Below, piece after piece: positions 38,560 through 53,564 of a stretch of DNA of 64,000 bases (within the stretch, counting starts at the first letter, position 1; each line of letters opens with the position of its first letter). The notes beneath the pieces are model-generated. The model did no database searches, had not been told where the DNA came from, and saw nothing but the letters and a program-made list of their open reading frames with translations. This DNA is from Octopus vulgaris (lineage: Eukaryota), in contig OX597833.1 in the NCBI GenBank assembly GCA_951406725.2, positions 50,220,001-50,284,000 of the forward strand, in the 5' to 3' direction. The position numbers and the translations under genes are program-made.

Positions 38560-40327
38560 TATTTAATTCATGTTTTAAAGTTGTAATAAAACGAATGCAG
38601 TGTTTTTACTGTAGAACTGTGTCTTGATAGAGAAACGGCTCAGAATTTCGACTGATGATCACCAAAGACAGAATATCATAAATCTTTGCTTAACAATTAA
38701 AGCTTGCAGAAGTCCGTTTTCTTTTTAATTTATGTGAAACCACGTTATCAAATTGATACATTAGATTCCTACACTATTTACACGCATACAGATATATACA
38801 CGCGTGGCTAACTCTATGCGTGTGTATGTGTCTACAAAGAAAGGAAGAGCAAGAACAAGAACGAGTGAATACATGTGTGTATTTATTTATGATTTTTTAT
38901 GTTTGCGATTACGAACGAAACCATCGTGCCTCATTAGATCGGTGAAATTTATAAGAAACACTCGTTTTCGCCCCTCGTATGACTTTAACAAGGTGTAGAT
39001 AGTAGCAATTACAGGTGTAATTTCCAGTACAAGAGTCTAAGTGTTAAATGTCGAAAAAGCCGTAATGCATCTTAACAGAATCTAATGAAGTGTTCGTAAG
39101 AAAATTTAATGGGGACAAGAGAACCATTTTTTCTTCAAAATTGGATAAAATTAGGTGCTAAACCTCAGCTTTAAATTGAACATAAATCCAAATTAGGGTT
39201 CCAGTTCCTAGTGATTTATATTTGTCCAATTAATGTCTTATATTTTTAGCATTTCCAAACCATGAACACCAGCCACAAAAACACTCATAAAAGTCCTAAC
39301 ATATTTTTCGATGATTCTCTGAGAGTGAGTTAGGAATAATTAATGCTGGAGAAAAGCCTAAAGTGTAAGGATTTTCACATTTTTTGTTTTAATCATTTTA
39401 TTTTCTACAAAATGTGTGAAAGTTAAAAAAAAAACATACATGCATTAAGTTGACGAAATTAACAATGTAAGCTGAGAAAATTTTTGTAGTAGTAGTAGTA
39501 GTGGTGATAGTGAGAATGGCGTAGGTGGTGGCGGCAGTAGCATGGGTGAAGGTTGCTATTCCTTAGCCCCAAAGTCAATCTCACCTTTTCTTTTCTTTTT
39601 TTGTTTTTGTTTTTGGAGATATTTAGCACCGCGTTGTCTTTTGCGTTATTCTTTATTTATGTCAGTAAAGTTTCATTTCAGGAAGGTTTGGCTGATAATT
39701 CTTGCAGAACGAGCGGTCAGGTTCAGTCGCTGATTTTAAATCTGATGTAGACATACACTATACGGTAAGAGTAATATGATTAGCCCCCTCTATATTATAT
39801 GAACTGCTAATATGATTAGAACTGCTAAGTCGCCAATATGAAGTTACATAACGTAACAGAACAAGTATAAATAAAGTTAAGGAATACGATGTTTATTCAT
39901 TAAAATGTAATTATATAATTAAGATAATGATTCGGAGAATATTACTCCAAACTAATGAAAAATAAAGTGTGGTATCAAATCTCTCAAACTTGGCGTTTTT
40001 GTTTCTTTTGTTACTTGAACTTTCGTTGCGCATGTATGAATTAAACATTTGCAGGAATAAGTATCTGTGCATATGTTTGTGTACATAGCGTTTGATTACC
40101 ACATGTAGACTTAAATCTCTTTATAACGAGTTCTCTCCTGGTGATCGCTGTGGCGTGAAACACGAAACGTGAGAATGGTTTTCAATTTAATAAACTAGCT
40201 ATTCCACATGTATTAAATACTCTCAACAAAAGTGTATATATATATATATATATATATAGCTATATATATATATACACACATATATATAAACACACATGTA
40301 TATATATATATATACACACACATGTAT

Positions 40328-40360
<33 letters not shown>

Positions 40361-40731
40361 CACACACAGAAAGACATGCAGACAGACATAAGGAATGTAT
40401 ATGTGTGTGTGTATACTTTTATTGGTTAGTGCTACCACCTCTTGGTTGAGTCTAGTAATTTCATCCCAGTATAGTCACACACACACACACACATATGTGT
40501 ACATATATTCGCACATACATTGAGGTTATCTGTTTTATCGGCATCGGAAAGAGGATGTTTGTACTGGGTAAAATTTGAACCCAGTACGTAAGGACCGGTA
40601 ACATCAATGTTATAGATATAGATTTCCGATCGTTCGGTAACAAACGGGTCACAGTTTATCTTTAGAATATGGCATGCTAATTTTTATGTTTTCAAATTAA
40701 AAACGAAAAATTTTAGACGAATGATTTAATC

Positions 40732-40929
40732 CAGTGATTGCCAATCCAGAATTAAACCTTTTAATGTATTGAGTCAAATATAACAGACCTGAAAATTCAG
40801 CAGTAATTCTGTAGTATACAAATTCTGGTTAGCTTGTTTTAAAAACCAAGTAGCTCAAATTTTTTTCTTTATTTTTGGGAAACGTGTCAAACCGAGAGAC
40901 TAAATAATTGATGAGTTGAGAATTACCTG
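40732..40929. mobile_element. Old hAT-like MITE, 198 bp
   Basis: CAGTGATTGCCAA ... TTGAGAATTACCTG termini with 8-bp flanks atttaatc/atctaatc (1 mismatch). Confidence 0.55.
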
Positions 40930-43649
40930 ATCTAATCAATCAGCAATATCTACCAGATTATAGTCACATCCAGACGCTTCAATTTTATACATATTTTTGG
41001 TCGTGATAAAGTAACGAATACGTTCTAAAATGCTGTAGAGAATGTCATATTGGCGTGAAGGTAAGGTCATATACTGTTTAGCAAATAGTTATGATTCATA
41101 TCTTTAATTCGCCTACGGAGCATAGAAACTGTACTTTAATTCGAAAATTTCCCTGGTTAAAGCTTTAGAAATGCCATAAGTAAAAATAACAGTTTGGATG
41201 GCAAACATTGCCTTCATCAGCTGTGTGCTGGTGATCACAATGATTTCGATACATTTCGACAGTACAGCTTCTTAAGTAATACCGAGATATAATGATTGAT
41301 GCTACATGGGAATTTCTGGATTCTTTTGATTTACACTCTAGTACACGTTTTTCCTTGACTCTCTTCAGACACCAAGTACTGGGCGGTGCATTTATAACTG
41401 CGCCAATCATGCCGCAATAATTTTGGTAAAGTAGAATAATTATGTAAGCTTCTTTATAAACTCACCGCATATTTTAGTGTTTGGCACGAACTTACGTATC
41501 TACAATGTCTTTCAAACAACTTGCACATGCAAGTGCTACAAGTCGAGAATTCCTCATACCGGAAGCCAGCAAGTGTATGGGGTCATCAGGAGAGAATGCG
41601 TGCCGTTTCGGGGCCCACCTCTCGACGGCAGCATGCGCCCCCACTCACTGATATGGGGCCCCACTTGCAAGATTAACTGATTATTTAATAAAGCTCACTA
41701 TTTCTATAGCCATTGCTCATCGTCTCTTTTTAACCAAATCCAGTGGATAGCCTTCTCCACTGTAGTTTGGATATCGATCATGAGGGTATTGACTTTACGA
41801 TGAGTTAGGCCTAACGATAACAACAGTTGTCTCACACTGTGTCCAACAAACAAAAACCTCTACATCCAACTTCGATTGGAAAATGCTCCGCTTTCCAGCC
41901 TGCGTCAAAAGTGAAGAGTATTGAAGAACTCACAACGGACAGTATGACTCACGAAGTAACAAGCAGCATTTTCTTTTAAAAACCTAGCACTATATTTATA
42001 CTTTATGGCTACTGGCTATGATTTAAATGTATATCACTTACTCGACTTCGAAATTCAACCAAGTTAATGTGTGGTTATTGGATAGTGATCATTCACCGAG
42101 AAGTCTCCACCGCTCAAAATTATAAAGCACAATAACAGCTTAGCTTGAAGGAATCGTACGATACACTGAATTTCAGAAATCTTTGCAAATTTTACTTTAT
42201 ATGCTCAAAGAATTTACTTCTGGAACTCAGATTAAGTGCCTTCCCTCCACGCTAAAATCCTTATTTTAACCATTTAAATATTTAAACCTTAAAAGTTATT
42301 GGCAATCAGCGTATAGAAATTGCATTTTAACTCTGGTTGAAACGTCCGTTCATCTTCAGCAGATAACTTCTATAATGATAGTTGCTTCAAATACTTTTTT
42401 TTTTACCTGAAAGGAGCATAATAGATGTATTGCGATTAGATTTAATTGCAAGTATGATCGATCGAAGTGGCCAATCAATATTCTATTCCTTACATTAAAA
42501 AATATGGAAGTATTTTATCCATGTCTTCAACATTTTTTCACGTTTATGTCTAAGCATTCCAATTACTCTTATTCAAAAACTGCTTGCCGCAAGAAATTAA
42601 CAATCTAATACCATTTAAGTACTTCTAAACCATTTGGGGATGAAGGCATCGGTATAGCTTCTATGCTGTTGGATTCATGATCACAGGGTTGTGAATTTAA
42701 TTTCCAGATCGGGCGGCGTATTGGGTCTCTGAGCGAAAAAACCTTCATCTCAAAATGTTCCAGCTCACTCAGGTGAAAATGTTTTGGATGTCCTTCAGAG
42801 TAACACCTCACAAACTGTTAGATCATGTTTTTTTTTACAATGGGAAGGATGCTGCTGTTGCTGTTGCTGCTGTTGCTGCTGCTGCTGTTGTTGTTGTTAA
42901 GCAACAAGACGGGTAAGGGTGATTAGGTGATGGTCTAGGGCTTAGGGGCGGGAGACCTCAGACCTTGGAAAAAAATACTTTGGTCGTCTTGTAGTCGAGG
43001 GCTCTTAGTTGATGCCCGACACCACTGGGAGGTGGCCCTCGAAGTCGCTGGAAATGGAGATCTCCAGGTCCAAATTCTTGGACGGCTACCGTTGCTACCA
43101 CTACTGCTGCTTCTGATTATGGTGATGATGATGATGATGATTAATCATATGCCTTGAACGAAGGACTGGCACAGACGGCGATTTCAAAAACGTTTTGGCA
43201 GCATAGACGTTGCTCTCTACCAATGCTAGATGAAGGCAAGTTGCCCAAAATGTGAGACAACGTAACTGGCGGTTCACTTGTTTAAAAAAAGCCTACATAC
43301 ATACCCAGAGATGCAGGCGCGGCTTTCTAGCTTTTCTATTGGTTTACGGATCTTTGCCCCACCAGACTGTCTTTAAAAAGAGATTTAATGCTTAGAACGC
43401 AAAGAAATTAATCTCTATGGTAAACAAGTAATCAGAAATACAATTCGTAGGAAGTTAAGCTGTTATGAGGAGTGGCAAATTTGATGTTCTCGAATTACAT
43501 GCAGGATCGTCAGCCAATTAAACAACTCTTCCACCATTTTCTTCTCTGAGTAATAAGGAACGTGAAATCTAAATAAACTAAACAGTATGGGAAGAGTTTG
43601 CGACAGAATAAATATCAATGTTACGCTTCGCAGTACTCGTCATATTTCA

Positions 43650-43930
43650 TATTTTACCTGTTTTAGTCACTGGACTGCAACCATGCAGTGGTACCGTCTT
43701 AAAGGGTTACAGTTGAAGAAATCGACACCAAATACTTATATTCTTTAAAGCCTTTCGCCAAAGCGCTAAGTTAGAGGAGAGTAAACAAACCAACTTCGGT
43801 TGTCAAGCGAAGGCTCGGGAGAGAATTAACACACGCACACACATGCATATTGTAGCATTAACACACGCACACACATGCATATTGTATAACAACGGGCTTC
43901 GGCATAGTTTCCGTCTATTAATTTTACTCG
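43650..43930 (-). mobile_element. Old SINE family A copy with a 32-bp internal tandem duplication
   Basis: ttttacctgttttagtca..cgctaagtt..ggttgtcaagcga..acgggctt..agtttccgtcta. Confidence 0.7.
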
Positions 43931-43979
43931 TAATGCGGTAATCAACCTGGGAGTCTCAGATTCTGTGGCGTACTCAAAT

Positions 43980-44495
43980 GATACTTATTTTATCAACCCT
44001 GAAAGGGATGAAAAGCAAAGTCGACCTAGGCGGAATTTGAACTCAGAACCTGAAGACAGACGAAATACCTATTTCTTTACAACCCACAAGGGGCTAAACA
44101 CAGAGAGTACAAACAAGGACAGACAAAAGGATTAAGTCGATTATATTGACCCCAGTGCGCAACTGGTACTTATTTAATCGACCCCGAAAAGATGAAAGGC
44201 AAAGTCGACCTCGGGGGAATTTGAACTCAGAACGTAGCGGCAGACGAAGTACCTATTTCTATTTCTTTACTACACACAAGGGGCTAAACACAGAGGGGGG
44301 AGAAACAAGGACATACAAAAGGATTAAGTCGATTATTTCAACCCCAGTGCGTTACTGGTACTTATTTAATCGACCCCGAAAGGATGAAAGGCAAAGTCGA
44401 CCTCGGGGGAATTTGAACTCAGAACCAGAAGACAGACGAAATACCGCTAAGCATTTCCGCTCAGCGTACTAAAAATGTTGCTTGCTCGCCGCCTT
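43980..44495 (-). mobile_element. SINE family B trimer
   Basis: gaatttgaactcagaac at about 44033, 44217 and 44409; head ends ctcgccgcc. Confidence 0.92.
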
Positions 44496-45014
44496 ACCTG
44501 AGTTATACATATTACTTATATATAAAGGTATATTTATATACCTTTTATATGTGTACGAAAGATGTTTGATTTGAACAAAATATGTCACATTTTTCGTTCG
44601 TAAACGTTTTCTTGAGTGTATGCATGCATGTGTGAGTGTGTGTGTGTGTATATATATATAAATTTTCTAGTAAATAAATGAAAGTCTTCTGAACCTAATG
44701 TAGCGTTACTTTACTGCCGATGACAAACAGAAAAACTCACATTTTAAGAAGTTAGAAGAAACACTATAAAACTCAATATGTCCGCACCACATAACCAATA
44801 TACATATATGCTAAAGTGTATAGGAAATACATAAACACATGCAATAGATATGGAACATATACACTCGAAGAGAAAATAAACTCACTAAAGACGTGCAATA
44901 ATCAACAATACCAGTATTTATATGAAACCATATATAAAAATAAATTCGCATATATAACTAAGAATCAAAATATATGCAATAATACAGTGGATATATATTA
45001 AGCATATATGCGCG

Positions 45015-45094
45015 CGAGCACATACTCACACACACATATTATCACACACACAGATACAGACACACACACAGATACATACACACACACAGATACA

Positions 45095-45128
<34 letters not shown>

Positions 45129-45645
45129 TACAGACACACACACACAGATACAGACACACACACAGATACAGACACACACACACACACACACACACACAGA
45201 TACAGACACACACACACGGCCGCAATCTCTCTCTCTCTCTTATACACGCACATACACTCGCACATTGTCTCACACACTCTCATACACTCTCGTACACTCG
45301 CATACACTCCCTCGCACACACACGCATTCATACATACTCGCATACACTCGGACACACGCGCACGCATTCACACACACACTCAGCCATACTCACACACACT
45401 CAAAAAATTACTCGCACACACTCAGCCACACTCACACACACTCACAAAATTACTTACACACACTCAACCGCACACACTGAGACACACTCACAAAATTACT
45501 CACACACACTCAACCACACTCACACACACAAAATACTCGCACACATTCAGCCTCACTCACACACTCACACACACAATGATAAACACGTATACACACTCGC
45601 ATACACTCGTACACACTCACACACGCGTACACATACACACATTCT
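45015..45645. repeat. Degenerate (CA)n/(CACT)n repeat
   Basis: Directly visible. Confidence 0.9.
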
Positions 45646-46382
45646 CAATGCCATATGAAACAATAAAAAAACACGCATACACACACAACACATATACAAT
45701 AGATGCATATATATATATAAAAATCATAAAAACCATGAAAAACAGTTTTTTTTTAAAACTACGACTTGTCTTTGGAATTCTTGATAGACTCCGTCTTCTG
45801 TACTTTCGCTTATCTATGCTAGAGTTATTCAAAGATGGAATCGTTGAAGGAGAAAAACCCTTATAGAATAAGATGGTAGAGAGTTAAGATGGAAGCTGGT
45901 GGGGAGATAGGTAGACATGTAATGAAGTAGGAGGTGGGTGATGGGCGGAGTGTGTATCAAATATTGGTGGAAGATAAAGACGCTGAGGTGGAGAGGAAGA
46001 CATTGCTGGTGATGTAGTAGTGGTAGTGGTGGTGGTGGTGGTGGTGGTTGAAGAGGAGGAAAGTACAGAAGAAAGGTTAAGGAAAAAAAAAAAAAGGAAA
46101 AAATGAAAGTATGTATTTGAAATTAAATATAGTAACAAAACATATTCGGGGCGATGGACGGACGAGGCGGAATATATATATAGAGAGAGAGATAGAGATA
46201 TAGATAGAGAAATTTATAGATATAAAGATTTAGAGATATATAGCTATATACATTATAGATATATATAATATATAGAGCGGAATACAGGTTATAAGAATTA
46301 TAAGCGGCGGAACTATTTCGTAAAAAGTGACGAAGAAACGAAGAAGAGAAGGAAAAGATTTAGACTGTTTAAAACAGAATGA

Positions 46383-46488
46383 GAAGAAGAAGAAGAAGAA
46401 GAAGAAGAAGAAGAAGAAGAAGAAGAAGAAGAAGAAGAAGAAGAAGAAGAAGAAGAAGAAGAAGAAGAAGAAGAAGAAGAAGAAGAAG
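46383..46488. repeat. Pure (GAA)n tract of about 35 units
   Basis: Directly visible. Confidence 0.97.
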
Positions 46489-46693
46489 GAGACTGAAAGA
46501 GGAGAAGGAATCCCGGAAAAATGTTAGGAGACCTGGTGTAGGAAGGATTTATCATAGATGAGGTCACGATTGGCGACGAGAAGACTTTAAGAAATCTTAT
46601 TGATTGATCAAGCGAATGATTAGCTAAACAATCGATGAATTAATTGGTTAAATGTTAACGAATTAACTAATAATAATAATAATAATAATATAT

Positions 46694-46765
<72 letters not shown>

Positions 46766-46779
46766 GCAATAATAATAAT

Positions 46780-47322
46780 GGTTTCAAATTTTGCCACAAA
46801 GGCAGCTATTTTGAGGGAGGAGATGAGTCGATGACATCGATCCTAGTGTTTTCATTGGTGTTTAATTTATCGACCACGAAGGCATGAAATGGCAAAGTCG
46901 ACCTCAGCGGAAATTGAACTCAGAACGTAGTGACAGATGTAATACCACTAAGCATTTCATCCAGCGTGCTTAACGATTCTGCCAGCTCGCTACCTTACTT
47001 CTGCCAGCTTGCCGAAGTGAAATAGAACCAGTGTTAGTGTTTATTATTGGCATAATGGCTTGGTCAAAACGTAACGGCAGACAAAATACCTATTTCTTTC
47101 CTACCCACAAGAGGCTAAACACAGAGGGGACAAACAAGGACAGACAAACGGATTAAGTCGATTATATTGACCCCAGTGCGTAACTGGTACTTATTTAATC
47201 GACCCCGAAAGGATGAAAGGCAAAGTAGACCTCGGCGGAATTTGAACTCAGAACGTAACGGCAGACGAAATACGGCTTCGCATTTCGCCCGGCGTGCTGA
47301 CGTTTCTGCCAGCTCGCCGCCT
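46780..47322 (-). mobile_element. Two SINE family B elements after (AAT)n
   Basis: Heads gccagctcgc at about 46981 and 47308; core motifs present. Confidence 0.88.
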
Positions 47323-47739
47323 TATGTGCTTCCATATTGGCATAAAGAATCTCCCGAAATACAAATATAAATGGCGTATGACAGAATGGAAAGTGAAAGA
47401 AGAAAAATCAAGAAATAAATGCAGAATTAAATCAAGATTGGGGGAGGTGTTTTACAGAAAATATAAAAGCAGATTGGATCAATAGATAAGGAAATGTACT
47501 ACCGGCAATAGAGGGTGCGGAGTTCAAATCTGCCACAAGTATCCGGCGTAAGATTCTCACTTTGCGAAGACGATAGGCTGTGATTTGAGGTTTGGCTGAT
47601 ATACCAAGCAAGTCAAGCAACCACATTCAACAGAAGTAAGGGACGGGAAAATTTAATAACCAGGGACCAATTACGAGTATGTAAGAACTTGTTAGGCTTC
47701 ACTTGTTCTGAGGAAAAAAATGTATCCATACCTGCCACA

Positions 47740-47781
47740 CAAACACACACACACAGACAACCTCAGCTTTATGTGTATAGA
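47740..47781 (-). mobile_element. Helitron-like 5' terminus, same family as 53565-53955
   Basis: Reverse complement A|TCTATACACATAAAGCTGAGGTTGTCTGTGTG matches the 5' end of the 53.9-kb element. Confidence 0.5.
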
Positions 47782-47884
47782 TTTATGAGAATAGATATAA
47801 TATCTAATTACAGTTATTGTTTTAAGGCTTAAGTACATATATATATTTAATTTGAATGCAAGCAATTAGTGATGGTATGAAGGT

Positions 47885-48003
<119 letters not shown>

Positions 48004-48039
48004 TCGCGTGAGCTACACTTATTTTTTCCTTTTTTTCAG

Positions 48040-48486
48040 GTGTTGTATGGCTGCGTGGTTATGGAAATTGCTTCACAAATGCGTTGTTTCGGGTTCAGTC
48101 CCACTGCGTGGCACTTTAGACGAGTGTCTTCTAATATGCCCCGAGTCGACCAATACTTTTTGTATGGATTTTGTCAATGGAAACTGTCTGGAAGCCCGTC
48201 GTGATCACACACACATACGCATCCATACGATACCTACCTACCTACCTACCTATATACATACATACATACATGCATGCATGCATGCACCTAAGCTCCACAC
48301 GGCTCCGGCAGAAGGTAATGGCGAAACTTCTGCTGACTCTTTCGCCACAACTTTCTCTCACTCTTCCCTCCTGCATCTTGCAGCTCACCTGCGAAGGACC
48401 GGCGTCCCGTCCAGGTGGAGAACCTAAATGTCAATGAAACCGGGAAACCGGCCCTTATGAGCCAGGCATGGCTCGAGAAGGAACAA
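48040..48486 (+). mobile_element. Diverged SINE A head (48040-48200) followed by SINE D 3' body (48287-48486)
   Basis: ggttcagtcccactgcgtggcac.. then cacctaagctccacacggctccggcagaagg..ggctcgagaaggaac. Confidence 0.85.
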
Positions 48487-48559
48487 TGTTCGGAGGCAGA
48501 TCCAACTGGGGTTGAGCTAATATTTCATCCTTTAAAACGCAATGAGCAAGCAGACTCTT

Positions 48560-48898
48560 TAACACGCCGAACAAAAGGCTGAGCGAGATTTCATCAGTCT
48601 TTACGTTCTGAGTTCAAATTCTGCCGAGGTCGACTTTGCCTTTCATCCTTTCGTGGTCGATAAAATAAGTACCAGTTAAACACTAGGGTCAATATAATAG
48701 ACTAGCCCCTTTCCCACCAAATTTTCAAGGCCTTGTGCCTCGAGTAGAAAGGATAATTATTATTGAGTGAGTGAGAGAGCAGCAAGGCTTACAAAGAATA
48801 AGTCGATACAAAGCTTACAAAGAATAAGTCCTGGGTTCGATTTCTTCGATTGAAACCCCTTAAGGCTGTGCTCCAGCATGACCGCAGTCAAATGAAAG
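48560..48898 (+). mobile_element. SINE B copy followed by a SINE A 3' fragment
   Basis: ttctgagttcaaattctgccgaggtcgactttgcc..; gcttacaaagaataagtc (twice)..gctccagcatgaccgcagtcaaatga. Confidence 0.8.
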
Positions 48899-49779
48899 AA
48901 TATGTATGCATGTATGTATGTATGTATGTTTGTTTGTGTGTATGTATGTATGTATGTATGTATGTACGTAAGTACAAAGACAGCTATCTCCGGTTATTCC
49001 TCATCTCTCGTTTCTTATATGTATTTAAAACCCGGTTTAATAAAGAATGTAGGAATAAATAAACGAACACGTAAAATACTACTTAAGTCGCCATCTTCTG
49101 AACATTTTACGTTAAAATCAATACGGAACGTAGCGACAAGCTGTTGGTGTTTTTCTTTGTCATTTTACAGGGAAATCTTGGCATTCCTTGTTCTAGCTTC
49201 TCGTCTAACCTTTACTATCTCTCCCCACCGTTTACTATTTTTCTCTCTCTCTCTCTCTCTCTCTCGTTTTCTGTCATTCTCTTCCTAGCTCTCTCTGTCT
49301 CTCTCTTATTCATTCTGTCCCCTTTCTTTTTTACCCTCTTTATTTTCTCTTTTCAGGAAGGGAATAATTTCTTTCCTTTACCAATCCTCCTTCCCTCTCT
49401 TGTTTCTTCCTTCCTTTTTCTTACATTCACTTTTTCCTTCATTCTTTCTTTCTTTCATTCGCTCCTGCCCTCTTTTTTGTCTTTTTTACGTTCAATTTTT
49501 CCTTCCCTCTTTATTTTCTCCGTCCTTCCTATTTACATTATTGTTTTATTTTTCATTTGTTTAATCTACTTTTCTAACATTTCTTGTATTCGCCTGCTCG
49601 ATTTTCATTCATTCATGCATTCATTCACTCTTTCTTTTGTTTTTCTCTCCATCATTCTTTCTTTTAAACTACACTCTTTCTCACGCACATCCATCCAACC
49701 ATCCGTCCGTCCGTCTGTCCGCGTATGTGCGTGTGTCAGTGTGTCGTTCTAGTTAGATATACTCCTATATATAATTCTT

Positions 49780-50550
49780 TCTACTCTAGGCATAAGGCCT
49801 GGCATTTTGGTGGAGAACGCAAGTCAATTATTTGCTTTATCGACCCCGAAAGGATGAAAGGCAAGTCGACCTCGGCGGAATTTGAACTCAGATCGTAATG
49901 GCAGACGAAATACCAATTTCTTTACTACCTACAAGGGGCTAAACACAGAGAGGACAAACAAGGACAGACAAACGGATTAAGTCGATTATATCAGCCCCAG
50001 TGCGTAACTGGTACTTATCAATCGACCCCGAAAGGATGAAAGGCAAAGTCGACTTCGGCAGAATTTGAACTCAGAAAGTAGCGACAGACGAAATACCACT
50101 AAGCATTTCGCCCGGCGTGCTAACGGTTCTACTAAAAACACAAGGCCTGACATTTGCGGGGAAGTGACTATCCAATTGCATGGACCCCAGTGTTTTATTG
50201 GTGTTTAATTCATTGACCTCGAAAGGACAAAAGGCAAAATCGACCTCGGTGGAATTTGAACTCAGAACTCAAAGGCCGACGAAATGCCGCATTGCATTTT
50301 ACCTGGCGCGCTAACGATTATTCCAGCTCATCGCCCTTGTTTTTAAACTTTGGCTCAAGGCGTGCATATTCGGGGTAACATTTAAATCGATTACATCGAC
50401 GCCAGTATTTAACTGAAACTTATTCTATCGACCCTAAAAGGATGAAAGGTAAAGTCGACCTCGGGAAAATTTGAGCTCAGAGCATAAGACGGTTTAAATG
50501 CTGCTTAGCATTTTTGTCCGGCTTGCTAGCGATTCTACCAGCTCACCATA
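49780..50550 (-). mobile_element. Cluster of four SINE family B units
   Basis: aatttga(a/g)ctcaga at about 49879, 50063, 50253 and 50468. Confidence 0.88.
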
Positions 50551-50684
50551 TCAGGCAGACGAAATTTGCTATGATGATCCGGTTTCTGACTGAAGATTAA
50601 AGGCTTCGAATGACCCGTCTGTTTTCTGTGTTCGTCCATTTGTGTATTTCACGTTCATGTTTCTTTATATATAATTTTTATACC

Positions 50685-50747
<63 letters not shown>

Positions 50748-50749
<2 letters not shown>

Positions 50750-51023
50750 AGGCACATGGCCTACGTGTTAGAACAGCGGACTCGCGGGTTACAATCTCAG
50801 ACCGGGCGATGCGTGTGTTTATGAGCGAAACACCTAAGATCCACGCGGCTCCGGCAGAAGGTAATGGCGAACTTCTGCTGACTCTTTCGCCACAACATTT
50901 TCTCACTCTTTCCTCCTGCGTCTTGCAGCGCACCTGCGACGGACCGGCGTCCCGTCCAGGTGGGGAACCTATACGACAAGGAAACCGGCCCTTATGAGCC
51001 AGGCGTGGCTCGCGAAGGAACAA
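50748..51023 (+). mobile_element. SINE family D, near full length
   Basis: ggaggcacatggccta..ttagaacagcgg head; cctgcgacggaccggcgtcccgtccagg resembles the V-SINE conserved domain (from recall). Confidence 0.85.
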
Positions 51024-51024
51024 A

Positions 51025-51069
<45 letters not shown>

Positions 51070-51123
51070 GCACATATATATATATATACACACACACACA
51101 TATATACACACACATACACAAAC

Positions 51124-51171
<48 letters not shown>

Positions 51172-51632
51172 GAAAGCAATTTAAAATTATACCTTTTTTT
51201 TTTAGTAGAGTAAATATTTATTAAACTTTGACACAGTGGAGGGGGCATCAGTGATTTCGAAGATTCGGACTATGCGTGTGTTTGTTGTGTGTGTGCGCGT
51301 TGGTGCGTGTGTGTGTGTGCGTTGGAGCGAGTGTGCGTATGTAGGAGGACGTATCACTTATTTATTTAATGTTATACAGGTAGGTGCAGCAGGGATTCAC
51401 AACACTAGATCCCAGTTCAGTCATTATATATTTATAATCATAAACATAAAACGCGCTTCAATATTCGCCTGTCAACCTAGTTTCTACATACATAGTGCTT
51501 TCTGTAAGTCTTGGAAACTTCTACACTAGTAATAAGAAGATTCTTTTATGCTCTCTCACTATCTCTCTCACTCTCTTTCTCTCTTGATATATATATACAT
51601 ATACATACATATATACATACATACATACATAC

Positions 51633-51702
<70 letters not shown>

Positions 51703-52025
51703 GTATATATATACACACACGTATATATGTATATCAAGGGAGAAAGAGAGAGCATCACATAACGCACACACAAACACAGACACAGACATATACACACACA
51801 TATTCTTTTACTCGTCCCAGCCACGTGGCTGCGGTCATGCTACATCACCACCATGGAGGCTGAAACATCACCGTATATATATATAGACAATAATTCCTGA
51901 ATATAGGTATTACATATATGCGTGTGTTCTACATGCATAGACAGACAGACTGATCAATAGATAGACAGATCGATAGATAGATAGATCGATAGCTAGAAAG
52001 ATAGATAGCTAGATAGACAGACAGG

Positions 52026-52138
<113 letters not shown>

Positions 52139-52174
52139 AGATAGATAGATAGATAGGCAGACAGACAGACGGAC

Positions 52175-52217
<43 letters not shown>

Positions 52218-52232
52218 GAGAGAGAGAGAGAG

Positions 52233-52277
<45 letters not shown>

Positions 52278-52596
52278 TAGATAGATAGATAGATAGATAG
52301 ATGAATAGATCAACATTATATATATATATATACATATATTTTTATTATACATTTATTTAAACACATACACACTGACATTATATTATTGTTCTTATTAATT
52401 ATAAGTGACTCTTGCAGGGCTTTTTAGTGCTGTATTTTCAGAGAATTTCATTACAGTATTGATGTATTTCCCGCCAACTCCTCTGAGTTATCACTTAAAA
52501 TGAAAGTAATTTATACGTTATCTAAATAATGAAGTAAGTTCTTAACTGAATTTGTGAGTCCTTACTTTGCTAAAGGAGTCTTCAACCCCAATTTTA

Positions 52597-52635
<39 letters not shown>

Positions 52636-52671
52636 ACACACACACACACACACGCGCACGCACGCACACAT

Positions 52672-52825
52672 AGGTGCAAGCGTTGAGTGTGTGGTAAGAA
52701 ACACATAGTGCCAGGTTCAGTCCCACTGCATGGCACCTTGGGCTGATGTCTCTTAGTAGATCCTCATGCCGACCAAAGCCTTGTGAGTGGATTTGGTAGA
52801 CGGAAACTGAAAGAAGCCCGTCGTG
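52672..52825 (+). mobile_element. SINE family A head
   Basis: ggttcagtcccactgcatggcaccttggg..gaccaaagccttgtgagtggatttggtagacgg. Confidence 0.85.
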
Positions 52826-53564
52826 TGTATATATACACATAATTAAATAATAAGGGTAGAAATTGATGTTAATCAATTAAAACCAGTGGCTTAGCATATT
52901 TCAAAAATCCGAAGATTAAAAATTGTGTATATACATATACATATGTGTGTGTGTGTGTGTGTGTGCGTGTGTGTGTGCGTGTGCATTTGTGTACGTGTAC
53001 GTCAACGACACCCCCACCACTACCGCTTGACAACTGGTGTTGTTGTGCTTACATCCCCGTAACTTGCCGGTTCGAATAACCTCCAAGCTTCAAAATAATA
53101 AAAAATAAAAGCAACGGAGACGATTCGAGACAGATAGTCAAAAAGATATATACATATCCATCACACACACACACACACACACATTTGCATGCGCGTGAGT
53201 GCATGAATATCAATCATATCCTCATCGCCATCTCTTTCACATTCATACCGAAACGCTAACACAAAAACTGTCTCACACATCCATTTAGACACAAACACAC
53301 ACACACATACACACTCACACACACACAGAGTCAAAGGCGCTCAGTATAAAAAAAATCCTCACGCAGTAACACAAAATACTCGAGCAGATATTCAGATACA
53401 CGTAAACAAACACGAATGCATGCTTGCTCCATACGTAAATCCACTTAGGATATATACGCAGTCCGTATAAGCCAGAGCTAAGGCTAGGTGAGCGAGTAAG
53501 ATGCATGTAGTATCTGCGTGGAATCAATAAAAGTTTCGACATGTTCAAAAGTTTGTAAAATTTA

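Noticed and set aside
41185-41260. CTGATGA-hairpin motif on the minus strand (and CTGAAGA near 41365)
   Set aside because: No correctly placed GAAA and NUH, so a hammerhead cannot be folded
49144-49752. 202-aa hydrophobic F/S/L-rich ORF
   Set aside because: Translation of a pyrimidine-rich low-complexity tract
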